Shown here piece by piece: positions 51,675 to 64,000 of a DNA stretch of 64,000 nucleotides (its first letter is position 1; every line of letters begins with the position of its first letter). The stretch covers positions 111,972,001 through 112,036,000 of the forward strand of contig OX597818.1 of the NCBI GenBank assembly GCA_951406725.2. The letters are read 5' to 3'. The notes beneath the pieces are model-generated. The model did no database searches. It was not told the origin of the DNA and saw nothing but the letters and a program-made list of their open reading frames with translations. Source of the DNA: Octopus vulgaris (lineage: Eukaryota). Position numbers and translations under genes: made by a program.

Positions 51675-52007
51675 CCAGTTCTATATTGAAGAGATGAGAA
51701 ATTATATACATTATTTACATGTGACGGATATTAGTCCTCATCTTGTTTGTTGTTAAACGTTTCGACTGATATACCCTCCATAGCCTTCATCAGGTGTCTT
51801 GGGGAAATTTCGATCCTAGGTTCACATTCCTAACGTATTTTTCGATGTTATTATTAGTATCATTATTCAGGTCACTGCCTAGAATCGAACTAGGTATCTT
51901 GGGGTTAGTAGCCCGCGCTCTTAACCATTAGGCCATATCTCCAAGACACCTGATGAAGGCTGGAGGGTACATCAGCCGAAACGTTGTGTTAGCAACAAAC
52001 AAGATGA
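51675..52007 (-). mobile_element. tRNA-headed SINE-like element with a hammerhead and a 5' inverted partial copy
   Basis: A box TGGCCTAATGG (51935-51925), B box GTTCGATTC (51890-51882), HHR at ~51800-51755 (-), inverted HHR copy at 51941-52007 (+). Confidence 0.8.
51945..51990 (+). ncRNA. Minimal type-I hammerhead with canonical core
   Basis: GACAC-CUGAUGA-A-GGCUG(10 nt)CAGCC-GAAA-CG-UU-GUGUU. Confidence 0.8.
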
Positions 52008-52632
52008 CAACAACTAACACAGAAGACTAACGTTATCCAATTCATATCTAAAGTTGTATTATGCAGTCCTAATAATAAATAATAAATAATACAAATAATA
52101 AAAACGAAATTGGCATATCTCGAAAACCAGTTACGAAAAGTTTGCTTGTTCATCTCTGATAGGTGTCAACACCCGAACAGCGGTATTTTTAGAGTAATAC
52201 AACAAGTGAGGCTCTGAAATAAGATTTAGCAAACGTCCATCTTATCGTAAGCACATTAAATGAAAATGTGCGGAGAAGAAATGACAGGTGTGTATGGCAC
52301 TGTGCTCATACATGAAAGAAGGATTTATAAATGTCAGAGTATGAATAGAAGCGGTTTTATAATAACCGGCTGGTGTCATCATATAATGTCTATAATATGA
52401 ATAATATACCAGATAAAATTTTCAATATCATGAAAATGTAAAACGACATCAATCAAAATCTGTTTCTGCCCTCTTGCTCCCTTATTTCAACGTCTTACTC
52501 CATATGTTGGTATGAATACCATCCTCCCAGGCTTACTATTTGTCACTATCTGTCGCTTTATATATTTATGACGCCTACATCATCACGTGCTTGTTCTATG
52601 TGCTATATGTGTTTGTTTGCATACGCAATTAT

Positions 52633-52735
<103 letters not shown>

Positions 52736-52747
52736 TATATGTATATA

Positions 52748-52789
<42 letters not shown>

Positions 52790-52793
<4 letters not shown>

Positions 52794-52975
52794 TATTTTT
52801 ATATGACTATTTATTAAAATTTTATGTATTGATTAAGTCTTTCCTTGTTTGTTTTGCAAAATAGTGGTTTTGTCTCTAATAATATTTTATAATATTTTAC
52901 TATAAAATTGGATTTAATCCTAAATCTGATTTTTTTCCCTGTAAATTTGGATTTATTCCCTAATATTTATTATTT
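52790..52975. mobile_element. AT-rich repeat fragment embedded in (TA)n
   Basis: 52861-52891 is the reverse complement of 40577-40607. Confidence 0.55.
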
Positions 52976-52988
52976 ATATATGTATATA

Positions 52989-53052
<64 letters not shown>

Positions 53053-53191
53053 TAAATATATGAATATTTTACGTTTTTGTCTGTGTGTATATATATACAA
53101 ATATATATACATATATGTATAATATAATCTCTTTGTCTGTCTTTGTTTGTCCCCTCTATGTTTAGCCCCTTGAGGGCAATAAAGAAATATA

Positions 53192-53238
<47 letters not shown>

Positions 53239-53465
53239 GTAATATATTCATAAATGTATTTATCTATGTACACACACACATACACACAGAGACATATGTG
53301 GATTTGGCAGGTGCACACATAAACAAACAATAAATTTGGGAAGTCTCCATTATACATTATATACACTTATGGTTATTTGTGGCTACACACACAGCAATAC
53401 ACTACAGCACATCATGCATGCATGAGCTTATGTGTATGCATGCATACGTATACATATCCATGTAT

Positions 53466-53516
<51 letters not shown>

Positions 53517-53669
53517 AAGATACATTGCACGCAAACACTCGCACAGTCACATGTATACATACACATGCACACGCACATACTTATATACATACATACTTAT
53601 AGAGAGACAGACAAACATATATACAAGTATGTGTGTTTGTATGTTTGTGTGTTTGTCTGTGTGTGTGTA

Positions 53670-53714
<45 letters not shown>

Positions 53715-54281
53715 AAGACGTGTAGGGCAAAGAAGGAAAAATCTGGTAGAAAATTAAGAAGCGAAAAATAGCTATTGGAAGTGTTCACCTATCTTGAAAT
53801 CTAGGTTCCTTTCTCGAGTGGAGAAGATAAGCAGACGATTTTCACAGAGAAACATGCAACAGACGAGAGTAATCTAAATAGAAATATCTATTATATATGT
53901 TTTTAAAGTAGTGCTTTTGTTAAATATCTGATGAATATTTTAGAAATTCTTCCCAGTCTATTTTCATCAAAATAGCTTCATCCACTTCTCCTTCGCTTTT
54001 TCGCCATTTATTTATTATATGCCTCCGCATTGCATCTTTCGCTTTCTTTCCATCATTTTCAGTTTTATTTACTCATCATCATTCCTTCTCTCTTCAATTC
54101 TCTCTTCCTCTACGTGTATACACGTGTGCACGTGCAGGAATATATATATATATGCATGTGTGTATGCGTTTGTATGCACACACATACATATATACGTATG
54201 TATGTATATATTTATCCAATAACTTTATATACACTTACACGCACATATATATTCACATTCATATATGTATATGTATATCTA

Positions 54282-54372
<91 letters not shown>

Positions 54373-55046
54373 ACCCCCTCTCTCTCTCTCCCTCTCTCTC
54401 TATATATATATATATATACATATATATATACATGCACACGCACACACACACACATATAAATACATACGTATATACGAATATATAGTTGTCCTATAACTTT
54501 TCATATGCCAAGATACAACAGATATTTTGTGAGTATATATTATTTATGCAGTGTTGTAAATTGAATATCATAACACGTACAATTCATGTTACCGAACGAT
54601 TTCGTGTTACAGATTCTTCAAACACTGCAGAGCAAATTTACCACCGAGTACAGGTGTATAGTTCAGACTTTATTCTACTAGATATATGAAAACATTTGTT
54701 TTACAGTTCGCAGACATTTAGTAACTGAAATAGAACAAAACTCAGTGAAAAAGAACAACACAGAAGCTACCGAAGCTACCGTTAGTCGAATGATCTCCGA
54801 CATCCTCCGGAGAATAGTAGAGCATAGACTCCGCATTCACATACTATATCAGAGTGTACTTGTTAGCGGTTAAAAAATTGCCATTAGTTTTATATCCGAC
54901 CCAGTTACCTTAAAATAAAGCGCTACAATATGATTACATGGATCATATCCGCATTTTCTCTTAATGTTAAAATTTCCGTAAATAGGATCTTTCTTAGTAG
55001 ATGAGAAATTTCCAGAGACACGTAAGTAAATAAATATTTTCAACAA

Positions 55047-55415
55047 GGAGTAGCTGTGTGGTAAGTAGCTTGTTTACCAACCACATGGTTCCGGGTTCAG
55101 TCCCACTGCGTGGCACCTTGGGCAAGTGCCTTCTACTGTAGCCTCGGGCCGACCAAAGCCTTGTGCGTGGATTTGGTAGACGGAAACTGAAAGAAACCCG
55201 TCGTATATATGTATATATATATATGCGTGTGTGTGTTTGTGTGTCTGTGTTTGTCCTCCCGGTGTTTATGTCACCGTCAACTAGCGGTTCGGCAAAAGAG
55301 ACTGATAAAATAAGTACTGGGCTTACAAAAAGAATAAGTCCCGGGGTCGAGTTGCTCGATCATGGCCGCAGTCAAATGACTGAAACAAGTAAAAGAGTAA
55401 AAGAGTAAAAGAGAG
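55047..55415 (+). mobile_element. tRNA-derived SINE (major family)
   Basis: Family match. Confidence 0.85.
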
Positions 55416-55514
55416 AGTAACAAGAACACCTCGGTGGTTTCTTCTTGCTTCGCATACAACTTGACATAAATTCGACTAAGTAGGCGTAGCGACGTACTAG
55501 TGAGACAATATGAC

Positions 55515-55675
55515 TTCTGTCTTTACGTTCAGCGTTTAAATTCCGCGAAGGTCGATTTTACCTTTCATCCTCTCGGGGTCGATAAATTAAGTACCAGTTT
55601 CGTATCGGTGTCGATCTAACTGACTGGCCCCTCCCCCAAAAATTTTGCGCCTTGTGTCTGGAGTAAAAATGAATA
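55515..55675 (+). mobile_element. SINE (third family) fragment
   Basis: Family match. Confidence 0.75.
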
Positions 55676-56576
55676 TTACTTCTGAAAAAGAAATGCCGCA
55701 CAACGTAACACCAGCTGGAGATTATTGGACAATTGGAAGCCTTTTCTTATGAGCAGTAAGAAGAGCAAGCTTTACTTAGCGGAAGAAAAGTATTAAGTAA
55801 TTTCTTTCCCACAAGGGTATAACTGAACACTAAAAACGAAATGTTTTCCCCTTGTATTCACAATGGGAAATATATCTTAGCCAACTGGTAAGTTCCATCC
55901 GAGCAGTAATATTTGGCTATTAATTAAATAAGAAATCTTTCATCATAAACATGTTATTCATCCACCAGCGTTTATGCCCGCCCATATATATGCTTATTCG
56001 CGCACATGCTTCTTCTCAAAGACATCCCCATCTTTTTCTCCGTTCTCTATCTTTTTTCCTCACTTTCTTCACTTCTACAATACCCCGTCTCAAGTCAATC
56101 ACTATATATACAAACAAAGTGGTTGGACAGTCGATTTTTGAGTGATGACATATACAGCCATGAACTAGACAAATCTAAGGGGCATAACTCGTTGAGGCTT
56201 AAGCATCAAGATTTCTGCTTCCGAATATTTTATCTTCTTTCCTACCTAAGTTTCTTTCGAGTTTATATGCATTTTAAAAACCTGTAAAAACAAATGTGGT
56301 CTTTTGGGGATTCCGACCGAATAAAAAGTAGCCGAAGCTTTACACTTCCCTTCCGTCATGTCTGATGTCTGGTAGTTTATCTTTCTGCATTTGGAAGGGT
56401 TTTTTAAACATGAAACCGTGCGATGAGATGAACCGCCGAATAGACGAAATTTATGATATTGTGTAAATGAGACTCATACACACACACATGCTGGCACACA
56501 CTTACACACACACTAATACACACACTGACCTACACACAAGGTCACGTATATATATATATATATATATATATATGAT

Positions 56577-56743
56577 AGATCGTTAGTCACTACACACATT
56601 TTTTTCTCTCCTTGTTTTTTCTGTGTCCCTTTCTGTAGAAGAGCGTAGGCTCGAAACGTAAAATACTTTTCTATTCCTGAGCGTTATACTAATACATCTG
56701 TTTGCTTTGTACACCACCTGTCTTCATCTTTTGTTTTTTTCGT

Positions 56744-56750
<7 letters not shown>
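56577..56750 (+). mobile_element. Solo copy of the Neptune PLE terminal repeat with an HHR-like motif (56630-56664)
   Basis: Aligns to the reverse complement of 9030-9222; CUGUAGA-A-GAGC(GUAG)GCUC-GAAACGUA; flanked by microsatellites. Confidence 0.85.
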
Positions 56751-56805
<55 letters not shown>

Positions 56806-56879
56806 TACATTAGTTGATACGTGAAAATGTACATTACACCAGTACATCATATCGGTACATAAGCTCCCAAATAAAACAA

Positions 56880-56924
<45 letters not shown>

Positions 56925-57024
56925 CTCTCTCTCTCTCTCTCTCTCATTCAAGCATATGTGCTTATGTTTATGCATAGTTATCTTTAGTAATATCCTATGC
57001 TCATGGGTTCATGGAGTTTCCTTA

Positions 57025-57083
<59 letters not shown>

Positions 57084-57748
57084 GTGTGTACGTGTGTGTG
57101 TGAGAGCAGATGCTTGAATGTGTGTGCGTTGAATGCGCAATAGTATAGTGCTACAAACGTGTGACATCGATGTATGTCTACATATTCGAAGCAGTGTGTC
57201 ACTCACCTGTATCAAGAGTTTCACCTTTCGGCAGCGTTTTATGATCTGCTGTACCACACTATTCCATTACAAGCTAGCACAAATTGATTGTCGATTAATT
57301 CAAATCCAGAAACTACGTGATTAGTAATTTACGTTATCGATACCGAAATCATAAAAAGGCAAAGCTGACTTCGACGGACATGAGATGAGACTGCAAAGAG
57401 CCGTACCAGACACCGCAAGCGATTTTGTCCGACATTTTAGCGACGATGCCAACCGACGCCATAGTATTTTGGCTGAAAATATTTGAAAGTAAGCACCACT
57501 GAAATGTAAATGAATTCATACGCTTCATAAGCACACTTGATAGAATATCTCTCTTTGCAAGAGGTCGTTCTAAATATAGTTTATCGAATTTGTTGATACT
57601 GCCTTTCATTTCGGTCGCTCTCTATCTCTATCACAGCTGTATCTCTTGGGTACTTTTAAAATTAATTTTCTAGCAACTTTCATTTTACCAATTCCTCCCT
57701 TCTCCCACTCTCTCCCCCACTTTCGCACTGCATATTCATATTTATATA

Positions 57749-58314
57749 TTGGGATGTCCGGAAAGTTCGTGCCGATTTATAGTAGCTTACATTTCGACTT
57801 ATTTTAGAACATGGTTGAGTCCATAAAATAGGATTTCACTACACCTCCATTTAGAGCACAGCTTAAGTTATCTTTTCGTGGAAGAAGGTTTATGTTCCTA
57901 TAACGTGTGTTAATTCTGTAACCCTTTAAAATGGAAGATAAAAAAGTTCATTTTCGGCATTTGATGATTTGGGAACCAGACAAAAATTGCTGCGGCTCGG
58001 CTGGGATGTGTTACCCCATCCTCAATATTCATCAGATATTGCTCCTTCGGATTTTGACTTATTCAGGTCTCTGCAGAATAGTCTTAAGGGTAAAAATTTC
58101 AATTCCTTGGATGACGTAAAAAGATACCTTGATGAATTATTTGTCATGAAGCCCCCTCAATTCTGGGAAGATGGCATTTCCAAGTTAAAGGAAAGCTGGA
58201 AACGCATTGTGCAACAAAATGTTTCATATTTGGTTGATTAAAAATGTAACGGCAAGTATTTATCGACCTTTCTCTTTCTTTTAAAAATGGGAACGAACTT
58301 TCCGGACAACCCAA
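57749..58314 (+). mobile_element. Internally deleted mariner (566 bp)
   Basis: TIRs ttgggatgtccggaaagttcgt / acgaactttccggacaacccaa with TA TSD; MEDKKVHFRH joined to LGWDVLPHPQYSSDIAPSDFDLFRSLQNSL. Confidence 0.92.
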
Positions 58315-58561
58315 TATATAAATGGACTGACCATAACCCCTCCCCATTACCCATATGGATTCAGCAACCTGTTGACCAAAACTAACGAAAGCTAATACAG
58401 TATCATGGTCACTACTCGGAGATTTACTACCTTTAGTACCAACGCCTATCTTAACTATTAATATAAACTTTCACTCCCGTAATGGGGACCATGATCTCAA
58501 GCCCTCAACTGTAAACATATCCTATGTTTATATGTATGTGTATATTTATATATATATATGT

Positions 58562-58932
58562 CTTTTACTCTCTTTTACTTGTTTCAGTCATTTGACTGTG
58601 GCCATGCTGGAGCACCGCCTTTAGTCGAGCAAATCGACCCCAGGACTTATTCTTTGTAAATCTAGTACTTATTCTATCGGTCTCTTTTGCCGTACCGCTA
58701 AGTTATGTGGACGTAAACACACCAGCATCGGTTGTCAAGCGATGTTTGGGGGACAAACACAGACACATAAACATATACAAATACATACATATATATATAT
58801 ATATATACATATATACGACGGGCTTCTTTCAGTTTCCGTCTACAAAATCCACTCACAAGGCGTTGGTCGGCCCGAAGCTATAGTAGAAGAAACTTGCCCA
58901 AGGTGCCACGCAGTGGGACTGAACCCGGAACC
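58562..58932 (-). mobile_element. tRNA-derived SINE (major family), 5'-truncated
   Basis: Family match. Confidence 0.85.
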
Positions 58933-59068
58933 AATAATTAGATGTTATAAGTTTACAAAAAGTGGCTCTGATAGGGTAGCCATTTCTACTCATTTTTTAG
59001 ATATATAATACTGTACCAAGGACTTTCTATTTCCTATTCTGTTATATATGCACACACACACATGCATA

Positions 59069-59182
<114 letters not shown>

Positions 59183-60675
59183 CACCGTTCGTTCCGCTTT
59201 GATTGCAAGCGTTTAAATATATCTATATTCATTGTACATCGTACATTCAAAATCCCCTGTTTTCTTCTCTTACGCTCAAATATTCTAAAGATTGCTATTT
59301 TAGAATTCTATTATTTTCCCAGAGATATTTATTTTCCCCTCTATTATATTAATAAACAATGAAGAAACTTCTCCATATTTTTATAATGATACAAGCTTCT
59401 TTAGATCGATTTATACCATGATATTTCTAGAATTTATGATTCCAAACGCAAAATAGACCAATAACGTTAGTCTAAAGCTCTGAGAAAGTTAGACTACCGA
59501 TGAATGGAGAAAGAAATTGAATACCTCCGTGTATATTTTTATTTAGTTGCCTGCGGACATCTTCCAGTTTGAATTGCCTGCCATTTATCGGTCTTTCAAA
59601 CATCTTCTGCAGTTCCTATATTTCACAGTTTATTGATTTAAAGACAAACTCTTATATATATTATATATATTTCGATAATTTTGCACCCTGAAATTCCTCA
59701 AAGCGTGTAAATATTTCTGAGAAAAATAACCTTTATACGTTTCTTCTATCACAAGAATTCAGGAAATTGGTTTTTCATTTGTATGTCCCACATAGTACTG
59801 GAATAGCGTGTGACAAATCGTACATTTTCAGTTAATATGTATGGAAATCCCTAAGGTGTTTGCACGACACAACTTTCTTCTCTATTTTAACCGATTTCTT
59901 TTGATAAGAGTCCCGGAATTTTTTAAGATAATAAATGACAATATTCTATTTTTCTTCCCATTTGCTCCCTGTATTCAGTTCGTTCAAATGTTCAATTTCT
60001 CACATCAGTGTCTGTAAATGAGAATATACATATGTTTATGTTGTGGTGTAACTAGATATCAGTTGCGAACTAGATTATAACTTTATCGTCATAACTTGCT
60101 AGACAGAACCATCAGATATCTCTGATATGTGCAACGAATAAAATATCTAGGTGTCTACTCATGATAACTGTTCATATTTCTTTATGGTCGATACAATGTG
60201 TGCGAAAATATTGAAATATATCTTTAATAATTTGTCTTCAGATGAATAATATGTGGAATATAGGGAGTGTATAAAGAGATATTTTGAAAGACTACTGAAT
60301 CAAGACCATTTCAAACTTAAAGATGCTTACAGGCCAATTAGTAAAAATATATTCAATTTCTTTCTCAATACGTTTGTACTTTGTGCCAACATTATTGGTC
60401 TATTTTGCGTTTGGAATCACAAACTCTGGAAAAATGGTGAAAATCGAAGTAAAGAAGTCTATGTTATTATGACAATATGAAGTAATGTCTGCAATGTTTA
60501 TTGATATAATGGAGGGGAAACGAAATATCATTGGAAAATAATATACACAATTTTAAAATGACAATCTTTAGAATAATTTAGTGTGAGAGAGGAAAAGAGG
60601 CGATTTGGAATGTTCGAGTTATTTAGTGTTTGCTGTGGAAATTGAGTTACATACACAAATACAGACAGAAACACA

Positions 60676-61241
60676 CATCATCATCATCATTGTTCGACCG
60701 TGGTCGAGACAATGGAATTTACCATGTTGCGCCAGACTTCACGGTCCATCATAGCATTACGGAGGTCCTGTTGCTGGATGCCTGTATCCCTGGAGATTAC
60801 ATCAGGGTAGGAGAGTGTGCGCCCTCTGGTGTTGCGAGTAGATGGCTTCCAGAGGAGAAGAGTAGAAATTACTTCTTTTTCAGCTCTACAACAATGTCCA
60901 GCAAACTGGACTCTCCTACCTTTCACAAGAGATGACACAGGTGGTAATTTCCCATATATTTGCATTTTAGTTGGATGGCGCCTCCACGAGAGATTTTGAG
61001 CTCTCATAAGGAGGCGAGTGTAGGTTCCATCCAACCGCCTCTCAAGCTTCTTTGATAACGTCCAGGTTTCTGAGCCATATAGTAGAATTGGTTCGACTGT
61101 GGCTTTGAATATTTCAAGTTTGAAGTCTCTACTTAGATTTGATGACCAGATCTTATGCATGTCATTACAGGCTGACCAGGCCATACCCTTTCTAGTTAGA
61201 AAGTCTTTTCCAGATGATGATATGTATGACCCAAGATATTT
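60676..61241 (-). mobile_element. RTE-like LINE 3' fragment with (GAT)n tail
   Basis: KYLGSYI...FKATVEPILLYGSETWTL...FAGHC...DREVWR. Confidence 0.88.
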
Positions 61242-61264
61242 ACACACACAAACACACATATAGC

Positions 61265-61401
61265 TAAAGGGGGAAGCAGAGCAGATGCCAAAAACTATAG
61301 GCCTATCTCTCTGACTTCACACATCAGCAAAGTCGTGGAACGGATAGTCAGAGGGAAACTAATCGCATTCCTTGAAGAAAATAATTTGCTGTGTGATACC
61401 C
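61265..61401 (+). mobile_element. CR1-like RT N-terminal fragment
   Basis: KGGSRADAKNYRPISLTSHISKVVERIV..LEENNLL. Confidence 0.8.
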
Positions 61402-61631
61402 TGCGGCTCAGTGGTTACCGATGATGTTGACTTGTTCTTCTTTTCGGATTATGGCTGCTGTTGCTTAGTGAGTGGGATTGATTCAATGCACAGCCTTTCC
61501 TCACTTTAAAAAAAATCTTCTTGCGCAGGCATTGCACGATAACAACATTGATTAAGCTTCGTGCAATGGCCATACTCGATAACGAGGGGACAGCCACCAT
61601 ATATGTATGTATACAAACTTCACATTTTATT

Positions 61632-61719
61632 TCTCTGAAGAGCAGAAGTATTGTCTATAAATCTTTATCAATATAGGATTCCATTATCTAGACAATACTT
61701 TTGCGAAACGATCGTAAGA
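61632..61719 (+). ncRNA. Type-I hammerhead ribozyme with canonical core and 16-bp stem II
   Basis: UCU-CUGAAGA-GCAGAAGUAUUGUCUA(31 nt)UAGACAAUACUUUUGC-GAAAC-GAUC-GUA-AGA. Confidence 0.8.
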
Positions 61720-62115
61720 TGCTTTAAAAACTTAATTTTAAACTATTAAATTTTAAACTGTCACATTTATCATTATTATATATTTATACTTATACATATT
61801 TACTTATATTTATATATATGTTTATATTTTTAATGCAATAATTATTCTACCTATATATATATATATATATATATCTTTCTGAAGAATTTTTCTGATGTTA
61901 ATTTGCTGATATTATTGTATTTCACAATATTATTATATATTATATATAATTGCTCGTATTAAATGTATAAATACTTTAATAGAATTAATACTTTGATACA
62001 AAAGAGCAGTCACTGTAAATTCAGTATATAATATCCTTATAGAATGTATTTAACTAAAGGTTTATATGTATGTATGTATTATGTATATATATATGTGTAT
62101 ATATATATATATATT

Positions 62116-62157
<42 letters not shown>

Positions 62158-63288
62158 GTATGTGTAAGCATATAGGTCAGTTGACCTGGAGGCCAATAAA
62201 CAAATACATAAAGAAGATATTTAGAAGTACTTACTACAAGATGTGGCAGCGAACTGGAATCTGTTGAGATTATATTTTATGAGTTACAATGGTGAAACCG
62301 AATCCAATGCAACAACACTGAATGTATATCCTGTTATTGAATAGGTAGGTACTGTGAATGTAAATGTGAACAGTTCATCGCAAGTATAGTAGTAAGCAGG
62401 AGAGTCGTCGCTGAAAACAATGATACGCAAAGTAATAGATTTCTTCGATTTTTAGCGCAATATCAAAAGTCAGTTTAGCTGACTTTGTGTCTGTCTTTAG
62501 GAATGCTCAAAAGACCACGTGCGTACAGTCATGTAAGATAATGAAAATTGCAATTATACGATATTCAAACATAAATGGCATGAAGCCACTGCCGAGGACA
62601 TACATCATTACATGGTTCAGTCGGAGCTGGATTAGGTAATTGATGGTCAGTTTGTGTTTGCTTGGATACAATATACAATTTAACGAGACGTTGGCTCGTC
62701 CGACTGCTTCATCTAAATCTCGTTACCATTAGAAACAATTTATCACAATTTATAGTATTTTTTTTCTTTTCGATATTTTGTATTATGGACAACGTCATAT
62801 GAAATGCAATTCCTTTTATTGGCTTAAGAAGTAAACCGTTAGTTAGCATCTCGATATATTAGAAAGTGCAGTGAAAAATTCTTCAAATCAACACACTGTT
62901 TCTTACAAATTAGAAGGCAAAACAAAAAAACCTCAAAACAACACGGGATGGTCACAGATAGAACGTCTTTGATCGTAGATTTGATAGGTTGAAACAACGA
63001 GAACAAAACAAAAGCCAACTTTATTTCAATTTTAGCATCCGACAGTCGATAGATCAAGTACCAGTTGCGTATATAAGCGTACATGTGTGTATACATTAGG
63101 ATTATACGTATATTTGTGAGTGGAAGGGTCTATATGATTCTGTGTACTTGTATATATGTATACTTGTATATATGTATAAGTAAGGTTATATGTGCATATA
63201 TGTATCTAAGATGAATCTATTCACCGTGAGACGGTAGTGAGAGGGACAAACGCTCACACACACACACACATATATATGTGTGTGTCTC

Positions 63289-63368
<80 letters not shown>

Positions 63369-63749
63369 CAACCTTCAACAGAGTAACAGACATGTATGCA
63401 ACTTGAAAAGCCACATATCAGTACATAAACATACGTTTACCTGTCTATCTATACACATGTACACACACACACAGACACGATTACAGACTTACCTGAATAC
63501 TCACGTACATACATAAGAACATACGTACATACGTACATACATACATACTTACATACATACATATATGCGTATAGGCATGCACACATGCATGCGCATGTAC
63601 ATATATGCATACGCACATACATGTACACATACATACATATATACATACATACATACATACATAGATACATACTTACATACATATATACACACATACATAC
63701 ATAGACACACACACACATACATACGTACATATATATCATGAACGAACTG

Positions 63750-63910
63750 TTACTTTCTCAGATGCAGTATGGAATTTTGTCAGTGAAGAGGTCGCAGTCT
63801 CAAAGCGACGAAAATATTTTGACAAATTTAATTTAAATGATGAAATGAATCTAACGGTTTTTGTGTGGTTCTTAAACGGCTTATAAACACCTTCCACGCT
63901 GCAATTGTTT
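63750..63910 (+). mobile_element. Short HHR-bearing repeat ending in (TA)n; HHR-like motif at 63776-63826
   Basis: UUUGUCA-GUGAAGA-G-GUCGC..GCGAC-GAAA-AUAU-UU-UGACAAA; homolog of 12714-12870. Confidence 0.8.
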
Positions 63911-64000
63911 ATATATATATATATATACATACACACACACACAGGCACACACAAATATGTGCGCATGCGTGTTTGTATGTGTATGTATGTACATATACAT

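Overview
AT-rich, repeat-saturated animal genomic DNA. It is most likely octopus/cephalopod, judged from the SINE families and microsatellite load. No host protein-coding gene can be supported, and nearly all ORFs in the supplied track are microsatellite artefacts. The window holds one near-complete but inactivated Penelope-like element (PLE; Neptune-type RT + GIY-YIG, minus strand, ~9.0-12.7 kb), two decayed mariner transposons, fragments of R4/Dong-like, RTE and CR1-like LINEs, about 20 tRNA-derived SINE copies, a Helentron-type element and a piggyBac-like MITE. The main hidden signal is at the RNA level: about eleven minimal type-I hammerhead ribozyme (HHR) motifs from several unrelated short repeat families. 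They share a short palindromic stem III (ACGU, ACGUACGU, ACGAUCGU, AAUAUU, ACCGGU), the form known to cleave as dimers. They show all three pairings at core positions 3-8 (C-G, G-C, U-A). Most sit in or next to (TA)n tracts, and several carry PLE-style inverted duplications. One family joins a tRNA-like Pol III head to a hammerhead. There is also an unexplained kissing-loop RNA motif at ~17.95 kb. All structures were derived by eye; none was folded computationally or tested.
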